From positions 682,001-746,000 of the forward strand of contig CATNEN010000035.1 of NCBI GenBank assembly GCA_950097015.1: a DNA stretch of 64,000 bases, written 5' to 3'. The stretch comes from Macrostomum hystrix. Its lineage: Eukaryota; Animalia; Platyhelminthes. The position numbers were made by a program, and so were the translations under genes. Numbering within the stretch: position 1 is the stretch's first letter; every line of letters starts with the position of its first letter. The notes beneath the pieces were generated by a model that was not told where the DNA came from, did not search any database, and saw nothing but the letters and a program-made list of their open reading frames with translations. This document shows, in pieces, positions 38,901-49,563 of the stretch.

Positions 38901-41900
38901 ATGTGTAGAAATCTAGCTTCTTTTGTCACGTCACTATTCCAATCTCCGTGAACCCGCCGAACATCTTTCAATGTAATGCACAAAGTCCCGTCAAGCCGAC
39001 GACTAATGGCCTGCGTTGTCACGACAGGAGCAGCAGGAAAGTCTGCCACAAGCTTTTGCTGCATTTCTTTTAGCGTTACAGTCGGCTTCTCTTCCACGTA
39101 CCTCGTCAATGCCTCGAGCATCTCCTCAGTGAACTTTGGTCTCACCACACCTCCACGCGCGTTAAGTTCAATCCTATCTTCATCTACATATCTTCTGATA
39201 ATGTCATTGGCAGTCGTCCTCTTGATGTCCAGTTCAACTGCGAGAAGTCTCCAGTCTCGTCCCTGTTGAAAACATCGCACGAGTCTAGAGCGATCCACAG
39301 ACGAAATTCTCATATATGGCATCTCTGACAACAATAAGAGCAGGAAATGAGTAATGAAAGATTGCTGACTTATTTTACATTGACGAATTTCACTCACTTT
39401 CTCGCTTAAATTTACACTGGGCACTTTGCTTTCTTGCCATAGACGAAGCGAAGACACTTTCTGATCAGGCTGCTTTTGCACTGACGAATTTCACTTACTT
39501 TGACGAATTCGAAGTCACTTTCTCGAAAAAAATTACCATAGACACCCCTTCTCATTCCCTTAAGCGCTCTATAGTTTTATATAGGCTGACGAATTCGAAC
39601 TCACTTTTGACGAATTCGAAGTTGAAAAGGTATATTATTTTTTATTTTAATTTTTTTGAAACGCGCACATTGATTGGGTGCTGATTTTTGTTTATTTGAT
39701 GTTGTTAACAAGGCTGAGCGATTCGATTTAAATCTAAAAAATTTAAAATTAAAATGGTTATCTAAAAATCTAAAAAAAGTAAATTTAAAAAAATGTGATA
39801 CACCCCCTACGGCTACACCCCACTCCGCGCCCTGCCACTCCGCGCCCTGCCACTCCGCGGCCTGCCACTTCGGGCCCTGCCAACTAAAAACCAAAAACAA
39901 AAACAGTATATAATGGAACACCAAAACACTAAACGCCAGCACCCAAGTCGCTACGCTACTTAAAGTGGCAGTAGAAGTATTTTATTTGATTTTGAGTACT
40001 CGATAGTAATCCTTGAAAGTTCTTCTTTCAATATCTTGGTCTTGTTGGATGCACTATAAAAAGGTAGGTTTGGTTCAAATCTCTAAGCGCTTGCAAGCGT
40101 ATGACTGTAAGAATTGTATTAACTTGTCAGGCTGACAAATTCTGACAAATATAAAATTCTGACCTTGCTGTGTGTCAGCAATCTACCAATAACTACCAAT
40201 CTTACTTTTGAGTAGCATAATTTAACATCATTTTTAACATCATTTCATCATTTTTAACATCATTTCAGGCCCAAATAATCTCCTTATTGGGTCAAGCTGT
40301 CCGCTATTATAAAAAGTACAAGTCACCAAGAACTAAACAGCAGCTGTGTGAGTTTTCCTACTTTTTATTAGTTGCTCTACTAGAATAGAACACTAATTAA
40401 ACATGTCTAAACACATCATGTTTTACAAAAAATGTTTTAGATGTTCAGATGAGCGAAGAGCATTACAATGCCAAGCAGTATTCGGAGTGTCTGAGGTAAT
40501 TATCTATACATCTTATCCATAATTGCAAGAATTAGAAACCAATGAAAGTTCATTAATAACTGGAGCCTTTTCATTATCGATTGGTATATAATTTTTATCA
40601 TCGATTGGGATCTTTTTTATTATCAATCGGGATCTTTTTCATAATCGATTGGGATATTTTTCATTATCAATAGAGATATTAATTATCAATAAGGATATTT
40701 TTTTTTCGATTGGGATACTCTTCATTATCGATTGGGATATTTTTCATTATCGATTAGGATATTCTTCATTATCGATTGGGATATTTTTCATTATCGATTG
40801 GGATATTTTTCATTATCGATTAGGATATTCTTCATTATCGATTGGGATATTTTTCATTATCGATTGTGATATTTTTTATTACCGATTGGGATATTTTTCA
40901 TAATCGATTGGGATATTTTTCATTATCGATTGGGATATTTTTCATTAAATTCGGATCATTTTCATTATCGATAGGGATATTTTTCATTACCGATTGGGAT
41001 ATTTTTCATTATCGATTGGGATATTTTTCATTATCAATTAAGATCCTCTCGATAGCTGTATTTTTCATTATTGATTGGAATATTTTCCCTTGATCGTTTC
41101 TAACTCGATTTGACTCCGCCCCGTCTTCAGCTGCCTCGTAGCCGTCCTAGACGACTACAGACGCGAAGGCTGGTGGACTATTCTCACGTGCATCCTGCAG
41201 CTCTGTCTCCGAGCCGCCTACGCCATAGCGGCGCCCCAGCCCTACGTGCACGCCTGTCTGGAGCTCATGAACTCGCGTGCCTGCCTGCCCGAACAGGATC
41301 GCCAGCGAATCCAGAGCGGCCTGGCGCAGCTCGTCAGCACCGGAGCTCCGCCGCCTCCGGCCCAGCTGCCTGCTGCCGACAGCGCCGAGGCTCAGTCGGC
41401 CTGGGAGGCGGCGGCCGCGGCTGCTTCCGGTGAACAACGAGAAATTCTAGTCGATATGGACAAGTTGAAAGCGTTTGTCAAATGCCGGGTGGCCTTCACT
41501 TCGAAGTCATACGAGGCTAATCAGCCAGTGTGTCTGCAGGTCTACCTGCTGTGAGAAGGCGATTGCAGATACTTTAGTTCGTTGACTATCCCCCAATCCA
41601 TTGACTTCTATCCCCCAATCCATTGACTTCTATCCCCCAATCCATTGACTTCTATCCCCCAATCCATTGACTTCTATCCCCCAATCCATTGACTTCTATC
41701 CCCCAATCCATTGACTTCTATCCCCCAATCCATTGACTTCTATCCCCCAATCCGTTGACTTCTATCCCCCAATCCATTGACTTCTCTCCCCCAATCCATT
41801 GACTTCTATCCCCCAATCCGTTGACTTCTATCCCCCAATCCATTGACTTCTATCCCCCAATCCATTGACTTCTCCCCCAATCCATTGACTTCTATCCCCC

Positions 41901-44900
41901 AATCCATTGACTTCTATCCCCCAATCCATTGACTTCTCCCCCAATCCATTGACTTCTATCCCCCAATCCATTGACTTCTATCCCCCAATCCATTGACTTC
42001 TATCCCCCAATCCATTGACTTCTATCCCCCAATCCATTGACTTCTATCCCCCAATCCATTGACTTCTATCCCACAATCCGTTGACTTCTATCCCCCAATC
42101 CATTGACTTCTATCCCCCAATCCATTGACTTCTATCCCCCAATCCATTGACTTCTATCCCCCAATCCGTTGACTTCTGTCCCCCAATCCATTGACTTCTA
42201 TCCCCCAATCCATTGACTTCTATCCCCCAATCCGTTGACTTCTATCCCCCAATCCGTTGACTTCTATCCCCCAATCCATTGACTTCTATCCCCCAATCCA
42301 TTGACTTCTCCCCCAATCCATTGACTTCTATCCCCCAATCCGTTGAATTCTCCCCCAATCCATTGACTTCTCCCCCAATCCATTGACTTCTCCCCCAATC
42401 CATTGACTTCTCCCCCAATCCATTGACTTCTCCCCCAATCCATTGACTTCTCCCCCAATCCATTGACTTCTATCCCCCAATCCATTGACTTCTATCCCCC
42501 AATCCATTGACTTCTATCCCCCAATCCATTGACTTCTATCCCCCAAACCGTTGAATTCTCCCCCAATCCATTGACTTCTCCCCCAATCCATTGACTTCTC
42601 CCCCAATCCATTGACTTCTCCCCCAATCCATTGACTTCTATCCCCCAATCCTTTGACTTCTATCCCCCAATCCTTTGACTTCTATCCCCCAATCCTTTGA
42701 CTTCTATCACCCAATTAAGCTACTTCTAATACCCCCAGGTCACTCAGAGCAATCCCATAATTCCGTGTAATTCCCCAACCCTGCCTGGCAGCTGCGACTG
42801 TGTTCAGGAGATCGAGTTCAGCCAGCTAAGCGTCCAGTTCACCAACACGGCCTACAATGATCGGTGCAGCCTGGCTGACCGGCGGCAGCTGACTCTGCGG
42901 CCCAACCGGCCAGCCTGCCTGACATTTCAGCTGGCAGCTGAGCCGCAGGACACCGGCCGGGAGCTCGGTGTCACTTCCGTCTCCCTAGTCACTTCCGGTG
43001 TTGGCCTGTCACTCCGTCTGCGCTGGAAGATTGACACTGCTGCGGCTGCCATTGAAAATCCGTTTCACGCCGATGCCATATTTACCGCTGTAGGAACTGC
43101 TAACAATGCCAGCTCAGGTTTATCCTCAACTGGCATTGCCGACTGGGCTGAGCTGAGAAACCGGCCATTCACGCGGTAAGTCCTTCATCATCAGGCAGCT
43201 AGGTTTCCAGCATCAGGCAGCTAGGTTTCCAGCATCAGGCAGCTAGTTTTCCAGCATCAGGCAGCTAGTTTTCCAGCATCAGGCAGCTAGTTTTCCAGCA
43301 TCAGGCAGCTAGTTTTCCAGCATCAGGAAGTTAGGTTTCCAGCATCAAGAAGTTAGGTCTCCAGTATCAGGCAGCTAGGCTTCCAGCATCAGGCTGCTAG
43401 GCTTCCAGCATCATGAAGTTAGGTTTCCAGCATCAGAAAGCTAGGTCTCCAGCATCATAAAGTTAGGTTTCCAGCATCATGAAGTTAGGTCTCCAGCATC
43501 AGAAAGCTAGTTTTCCACCACCGGACAAAACCAATACTAAAACTTGAGATCTCTGTGTATCTCTTTCAGAATCGTGCCTAAAGCCGCTCAGGTCTCCGTG
43601 AACGTAACCCACGAGTCGCCAGCTCTTGTGAACGAGTTCTATCCGGTCACCCTGGCTCTGCGCAACAATGAGCCAACCCGGATATTCAACTGCCGACTTT
43701 CCCTGGCTCTGGTGTTCAATCAGCAGCAGCAGCAGCAATCGTCGGTGTCTTCAGATCGTGGCTTCCACATGTCGTGCGACCCGGTTGCACCGGCAGTTCC
43801 AGTCGACCGGCTGACCGACCTGGACCTCGGCGTCATTGAAGTTGGCGCCACTGTGTCTCGGACATTCTACTGCCAGATCTTTCAACCTGGGGATAAGGAA
43901 ATTAGCATTTCGGTTAGTATCTGTCGATGTTGATTATTGCATATGCATCTTCATGCCAAGGACTATTCAGATAATAGCGCTGATAAGTCTACGAACAAAG
44001 ACCTAAGATTTACTAATATCCTGCGTACAAAAAGCTCCACGAAACATAGCGGACAAAGACCTCACTTAACCATTGCTTGAAGTAAGTGTACTGAAAAATC
44101 TACTTTTTTGCTTGGTTCTGAGTGGCTTAGTTTGAGGTTTGCGTAGTAGTGACTTGGTGAGATGCACCTTATTCTGTGCAACCAAAGCTAATTTAAAAAT
44201 AGCTTAACCCCTGCCTTTGTGCGTTGGGCCGGGTGTGAGGCGTAGAGGCAAAATGGGCGGTGGGGCGGGTGTGCACCAATGATATAGTAATAATCATTGC
44301 GACTGTGTTCTTTGCAGTACGAATAGCCGTTTATCACTGGCATTGTATACTTTTGGACCACAGACAGTTGGGGCGTGCAACAATCAGTCTCACGGAGCGG
44401 ATATAGCCAGCGGTCTCGCGGGGCGTGCAGCAATCGATTATTTTGTCGATTGGTGCACGCCCGAAATGTCTATGGTCCAAAAGTAGACCGCCTGACTTAG
44501 GGCAGCAAGAGAACTCAGTTTGGGGAAGGCTGTAAGACAGCGAGACGAGCTGGCGGGGTTCGGGACATAGACAGTAAAGGCGTGCAACAATCAGGCTTCA
44601 TTGGTGGCTGGGAAAAAACCCCTCCAAAAGTGTACAATGTGTACTCTCGTCCCTACCCTCACGCATTTAAGTCCTCCCCTGGTCTTGTCTGTTCTGTGCG
44701 TGTGCGGGCCTGGGGTGAGAGGCACTCCGGCTGCCGCCCCCTTCCCCGCTTGGCTTGCTGCTGTGTGTGAGGTGCCTGTTTCCAGGGGTCTAGAAGGCGC
44801 GATGGGCGACTCCCGCCTAGTTCGCCGGCCTGGGGGCATGCCATTCCTGCGCTCGTGCGTCAAGTGCCCCAGGCCCCCCTGCAAATAAGTAAAAATAAGT

Positions 44901-47900
44901 GAAGAGAAGTGTACTGCACAGCCTCAAGATGAGAAAGTCAGGGCAGTTGTACACACCTGTGTGAGCGTATGCCTGAGTACGGTATCTGTGTGCGTGTGTG
45001 CTCAGGAGTCAGCAAAATGGGCCGAATTGCCTCACGCTGGTTGCGGTTCTAGTGTCACGAATTGATTTGCCACTGCCCGCAGCCCTCTTGCAATTATTGT
45101 TAAAAGTTTGATTAACTATTTTTTTTTCTTTTTTTCTGTTTGCTTCGTGCTGTCCTAGGTGGTATATGATACAGAGGTGCCGGTTCTGGGCCAGCCAATC
45201 GTTTGTTCAGCTTCACTGACGGACTCGTTCACTGTGTCCTGCATTACTCCGTTTGAGATTGTGTCCGATGTGCAGTCAATGTCGGTAAGAATGTTTTCTA
45301 AGCTGAGCTGAACGGCTTTAATCGCATTCACCGCTCTCTGGAGTCAATGAGACTTAGCATCCTCAAAAATCTCTTACTCCGTCAGAACTGATGTACAGTC
45401 ATGTTACTCAATCCGATCTGTCAGTCAATCCGATCTATCACTCAATCCGATCTATCACTCAATCCGATCTATCAGTCAATCCGATCTGTCACTCAATCCG
45501 ATCTGTCACTCAATCCGATCTATCAGTCAATCCGATCTGTCAGTCAATCCGATCTATCACTCAATCCGATCTATCAGTCAATCCGATCTGTCACTCAATC
45601 CGATCTGTCACTCAATCCGATCTATCAGTCAATCCGATCTGTCACTCAATCCGATCTATCACTCATCCGATCTGTCACTCAATCTGATCTATCAGTCAAT
45701 CCGATCTGTCACTCAATCCGATCTATCAGTCAATCCGATCTGTCACTCAATCCGATCTGTCACTCAATCCGATCTGTCAGTCAATCCGATCTATCAGTCA
45801 ATCCGATCTATCAGTCAATCCGATCTGTCAGTTAATCCGATCTGTCAGTCAATCTGATCTGTCACTCAATCCGATCTATCAGTCAATCCGATCTGTCACT
45901 CAATCCGATCTGTCAGTCAATCCGATCTATCAGTCAATCCGATCTGTCACTCAATCCGATCTATCACTCATCCGATCTGTCACTCAATCTGATCTATCAG
46001 TCAATCCGATCTGTCACTCAATCCGATCTATCAGTCAATCCGATCTGTCACTCAATCCGATCTGTCACTCAATCCGATCTGTCAGTCAATCCGATCTATC
46101 AGTCAATCCGATCTATCAGTCAATCCGATCTGTCAGTTAATCCGATCTGTCAGTCAATCTGATCTGTCACTCAATCCGATCTATCAGTCAATCCGATCTG
46201 TCACTCAATCCGATCTGTCAGTCAATCCGATCTATCAGTCAATCCGATCTGTCACTCAATCCGATCTGTCACTCAATCCGATCTGTCAGTCAATCCGATC
46301 TATCAGTCAATCCGATCTATCAGTCAATCCGATCTGTCAGTTAATCCGATCTGTCACTCAATCCGATCTATCAGTCAATCCGATCTGTCAGTCAATCAGT
46401 GTCCGCTCACTCCCAACCCGCCAGTTCGCGTCCACTCCGTCCGTGTCGGTGCGGGACCCGTTCGTTCTGTCCGCCACCACTCGCAGCCAGTCGCCCTGGC
46501 CGTTGGACATTGCGGGCAGCCAGCTGCGCCTCAGCCAGCACGTCCGCGTGGCCGACGACGACGACTCGGCGACGACAGAGACGGAATTGTCGGCTGACGA
46601 CGGAATCGGGCTAAAGAGCTCTCAGCTGTCTGGTCGTGAGTGCATTGAACGAATTCGTACATGTATTTCTAAGAACTAGAAGCCCTTTATTTTGCTGTTC
46701 GGTTATTGGACTCCGTAAAATGTAACTTATATTTTTTATCGACAAAAAAGCTAAATGTTTGTTGCAGTTCTTCTAGCTGACGACAAGAATCCCGGTAATT
46801 TAAATCTGAAATCGCTTTCATATCCACTATGAACTACTTATTGCCGCTAATCGATTCCAGTAGTGCGACGTGATAATAATTTGCGTGTGATTTTTCAGTT
46901 GTTTTTAAAAACGAATGATTTGATATTTTGCAATAATAACTGTCTCTAGTGTGTTATGACGGATGATGTGTACTACGCTCGTAGCAATGTGTAGTAGCTG
47001 CGCATGTCGGCTTGAGATTCTAGTCTAAAAAGTCCAAAGGAGCTTCTTCTAAGTTATTCATTCGCTAATTTTTACGATGCTGTACGTGTAGCTTGCATCT
47101 CGCATGTACCTATTTTATACTAGTTGTAGATCGTTTCCATTAGCAGTTTGAAGCTGCCATGTACACTATTTTTTAATGCAAAAGTGCAAGAATGTTCGAG
47201 TAGAGGAGGGGTGGGTAGAGAAGGGGTGGGTAAAGGAGAGAGAAGAGAAGGGGTGGGTAGAGAAGGGATTGGTAGAGGAGAGAAGAGGAGGGGTTGGGAA
47301 GAGGAGAGAAGAGGAGAGGTGGGTAGAGGAGAGAAGAGGAGGGGTGGGTAGAGGAGAGAAGAGAAGGGGTGGGTAGAGGAGAGAAGAGGAGGTGTGGGTA
47401 GAGGTGAGAAGAGAAGGGGTGGGTAGAGGAGAGAAGAGGAAGGGTGGGTAGGGGAGAGAAGAGAAGGGGTGGGTAGAGGAGAGAAGAGGAGGGGTGGGTA
47501 GAGGAGAGAAGAGGAAGGGTGGGTAGGGGAGAGAAGAGAAGGGGTGGGTAGAGGAGAGAAGAGGAGGGGTGGGTAGAGGAGAGAAGAGGAAGGGTGGGTA
47601 GGGGAGAGAAGAGAAGGGGTGGTTAGAGGAGAGAAGAGGAGGGGTGGGTAGAGGAGAGAAGAGGAAGGGTGGGTAGGGGAGAGAAGAGAAGGGGTGGGTA
47701 GAGGAGAGAAGAGGAGGGGTGGGTAGAGGAGAGAAGAGGAGGGGTGGGTAGAGGAGAGAAGAGAAAGGGTAGAGGAGAGAATAGTATGTAGAGCCGCTCG
47801 TCAGCGTACTTATTGTCTTTCTTTCCTAATGCAGTCTTCATCCCGATCCCCTCCATACTCAGTGACCGTAAAGGAATCCGAGTGCCTAACCGAGTGCTGG

Positions 47901-49563
47901 ATTCTCACGGCCGACACGGTTCGAACTCAGAACTTTCGTCTGGGCGCTTACGTGATTCGTTGGCGACGTCGCAGGCCGCAGCAGCAGCGCACAGAAGAAC
48001 AGTCGCATTCGTTTTCGGACAGTTTGCAGCAGGACCTACCCATTGTGAGCACTGTGGTGCCCCTGCCTACAGTGAATCTGTACAATCTGCCTCTGTGTGT
48101 CACCCTCAAGCTGCCGCCCTCTGGCACAGTCTACCAGCCGGTCTCGCTGTCCTACAGCCTGGAAAACCGGACTGCCTATCCGCAAGAGGTCCAATTCAGC
48201 GTTGACCGCAGCGACTGCTTTATGTTCTCTGGCATGAAGAGCGTAAGCTGACAGGCTGCAGTCTAGGGCCATGGGATCTGTGTGTTATGTGGGATAGAGG
48301 AAGCTGGTATCCAGGTAGATGGGATCTGTGTGTTATGTGGGATAGAGGAAGCTGGTATCCAGGTAGATGGGATCTGTGTATTTTGTGGGATAGTGGAAGC
48401 TGGGATCCAGGTTGGGAGGATCTGTATTTTGTGGGATAGAGGAATCTGGGATCCAGGTAGAGAGGATCTGTATTTTGTGGGATAGAGGAAGCTGGTATCC
48501 AGGTAGAGAGGATCTGTATTTTGTGGGATAGAGGAAGCTGGTATCCAGGTAGAGAGGATCTGTATTTTGTGGGATAGAGGAAGCTGGTATCCAGGTAGAG
48601 AGGATCTGTATTTTGTGGGATAGAGGAAGCTGGTATCCAGGTAGAGAGGATCTGTATTTTGTGGGATAGAGGAAGCTGGTATCCAGGTAGAGAGGATCTG
48701 TATTTTTTGGGATAGAGGAATCTGGTATCCAGGTAGAGAGGATCTGTATTTTGTGGGATAGAGGAAGCTGGTATCCAGGTAGAGAGGATCTGTATTTTGT
48801 GGGATAGAGGAAGCTGGTATCCATGTAGAGAGGATCTGTATTTTGTGGGATAGAGGAAGCTGGTATCCAGGTGGAGAGGATCTGTATTTTGTGGGATAGA
48901 GGAAGCTGGTATCCAGGTAGAGAGGATCTGTATTTTGTGGGATAGAGGAAGCTGGTATCCATGTAGAGAGGATCTGTATTTTGTGGGATAGAGGAAGCTG
49001 GGATCCAGGTAGAGAGGATCTGTATTTTGTGGGATAGAGGAAGCTGGTATCCAGGTAGAGAGGATCTGTATTTTGTGGGATAGAGGAAGCTGGTATCCAG
49101 GTAGAGAGGATCTGTATTTTGTGGGATAGAGGAAGCTGGTATCCAGGTAGAGAGGATCTGTATTTTGTGGGATAGAGGAAGCTGGTATCCAGGTAGAGAG
49201 GATCTGTATTTTGTGGGACCAAAGCCTTTTTAGCAATGGCTATAGGATGAAGGAGAAAAGTGTTTTCAGAATATATTTTCCATAAATAAATGATTAGTTT
49301 AAATCGGCGCCGCCCCGCAGGTGACCTTCCGCATCCTGCCGCAGACAACTCACATCCTGGAGTATGGCGCCTACCCCATGACTACCGGCCTGCTGGAGCT
49401 GCCCCGCATTGGCATCCGGTTGGACGGCACCGAGGTGCCAGTCTACACCCTGCTGAAGGACCTGCCCTCTCATCTGTTTGTAGCCCCTCCTGGCAAGTCC
49501 AGTTCAGACAGGCAGCAGCAGCAGCAGCTTTTGAACAACGGCGGAAACCTTGTCGAAGTGTGA
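29985..49563 (+). CDS. TRAPPC11: Trafficking protein particle complex subunit 11, ~1170 aa; exons 29985-30215, 31233-31616, 32690-32785, 32872-33119, 35167-35308, 37480-37650, 40269-40347, 40441-40495, 41131-41550, 42792-43175, 43570-43912, 45159-45284, 46425-46635, 47863-48242, 49321-49563
   Basis: Recognisable blocks: [59 protein letters not shown]. All 14 introns are GT-AG with consistent phases. Confidence 0.95.
30335..30980. repeat. Minisatellite, 18-nt unit (TAGTGTCCTCTACCCACC, ~35 copies), TRAPPC11 intron 1
   Basis: Direct inspection. Confidence 0.95.
31820..32165. repeat. Minisatellite, 17-nt unit (ATCTAATCAGACAGGAT, ~20 copies), TRAPPC11 intron 2
   Basis: Direct inspection. A separate ~75-nt tandem duplication follows at 32316-32500. 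Confidence 0.95.
33185..33710. mobile_element. Non-autonomous DNA transposon (family C), copy 2, TRAPPC11 intron 4
   Basis: TIR CAGTAGAACTACC / GGTAGTCCTACTG, flanked by TTAC and TTAA. Interior homologous to 12448-13028. Confidence 0.75.
33913..34168 (-). CDS. Candidate nested antisense micro-gene, 54 aa; exons 34168-34029 and 33937-33913
   Basis: GC-rich island with [52 protein letters not shown] donor, 91-nt intron ending TTTTTTAG, and two CCAAT boxes ~170-200 nt upstream. No homolog recognised. Confidence 0.3.
35335..37350. repeat. Minisatellite, 29-30-nt unit (GAACTGAATGATCTGGGATGGAGTCTGATA, ~65 copies) with higher-order blocks, TRAPPC11 intron 5
   Basis: Direct inspection. Confidence 0.95.
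37705..37905 (-). mobile_element. SINE family B copy, TRAPPC11 intron 6
   Basis: Reverse complement contains GGGTTCGATTC, GCATTGCTTCAGTTCA..GTTAAATGGGTACCAGCAT and GGCGTCCCTCCAGTCCATGGACTGAACAG. Confidence 0.8.
38004..39630 (-). mobile_element. Autonomous-looking IS630/Tc1/mariner DNA transposon with ~152-bp IR/DR-type TIRs and TA target duplication
   Basis: TIRs at 38004-38155 and 39476-39630 differ at only ~5 positions. TA at 38002-38003 and 39631-39632. The motif TTCGAATTCGTCA recurs ~4 times per TIR. Confidence 0.92.
38267..39322 (-). CDS. IS630/Tc1-type DDE transposase, 351 aa, intact ORF
   Basis: N-terminal HTH-like region, [14 protein letters not shown] and [13 protein letters not shown]. 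There are 30 residues between the second D and the E. Confidence 0.9.
   Translation of the reverse strand: MPYMRISSVDRSRLVRCFQQGRDWRLLAVELDIKRTTANDIIRRYVDEDRIELNARGGVVRPKFTEEMLEALTRYVEEKPTVTLKEMQQKLVADFPAAPVVTTQAISRRLDGTLCITLKDVRRVHGDWNSDVTKEARFLHMTWMLETGLFVRNLIYVDECGCNLWTARTKGWADFGNRAVMIANSQRGQNLTVALAVSPQLGLVHHRIFVGGFTAERFREFMIEVGTLVDDEFTVLADNARAHGVVNFGRPDQRLQFLPPYSPFLNATEMAISCMKAALKRRMTDPEVVFEVHDRQAAVAAGETLQNRRLRILSREVEAAMVAITEEKCRQWHEFTLRYGPRCLAHGEILD
39805..39885. repeat. 15-nt subterminal-type repeat (GCCACTCCGCGCCCT, ~5 copies), probable end of another DNA transposon
   Basis: Short GC-rich array in AT-rich sequence. Partner end not found. Confidence 0.5.
40560..41085. repeat. Degenerate 22-nt minisatellite (TTTTCATTATCGATTGGGATAT), TRAPPC11 intron 8
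   Basis: Direct inspection. Confidence 0.9.
41588..42712. repeat. Minisatellite, 20-22-nt unit (TCCCCCAATCCATTGACTTCTA, ~50 copies), TRAPPC11 intron 9
   Basis: Direct inspection. Confidence 0.95.
43193..43515. repeat. Minisatellite, 22-nt unit (CATCAGGCAGCTAGGTTTCCAG, ~14 copies), TRAPPC11 intron 10
   Basis: Direct inspection. Confidence 0.9.
44341..44639. mobile_element. MITE-like element with nested inverted repeats, TRAPPC11 intron 11
   Basis: CATTGTATACTTTTGGA (44341) vs TCCAAAAGTGTACAATG (to 44639). Inner IR TACTTTTGGACCACAGAC / GTCTATGGTCCAAAAGTA. GGCGTGCAACAATC occurs 3-4 times. Confidence 0.6.
44905..45110 (+). mobile_element. SINE family A 3' part
   Basis: GATGAGAAAGTC...TGTACACACCTGTGTGAG...GCTCAGGAGTCAGC...GCCCGCAGCCCTC, as at 58680-58850. 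Confidence 0.75.
45405..46395. repeat. Minisatellite, 17-nt unit (TCAATCCGATCTRTCAS, ~58 copies) with a ~300-nt higher-order duplication, TRAPPC11 intron 12
   Basis: Direct inspection. Confidence 0.95.
47195..47780. repeat. Purine-rich 25-nt minisatellite (GGGGTGGGTAGAGGAGAGAAGAGGA, ~23 copies), TRAPPC11 intron 13
   Basis: Direct inspection. Confidence 0.95.
48270..49218. repeat. Minisatellite, 46-nt unit (GGGATAGAGGAAGCTGGTATCCAGGTAGAGAGGATCTGTATTTTGT, ~20 copies), TRAPPC11 intron 14
   Basis: Direct inspection. It explains the minus-strand ORFs at 48220-49348. Confidence 0.95.
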
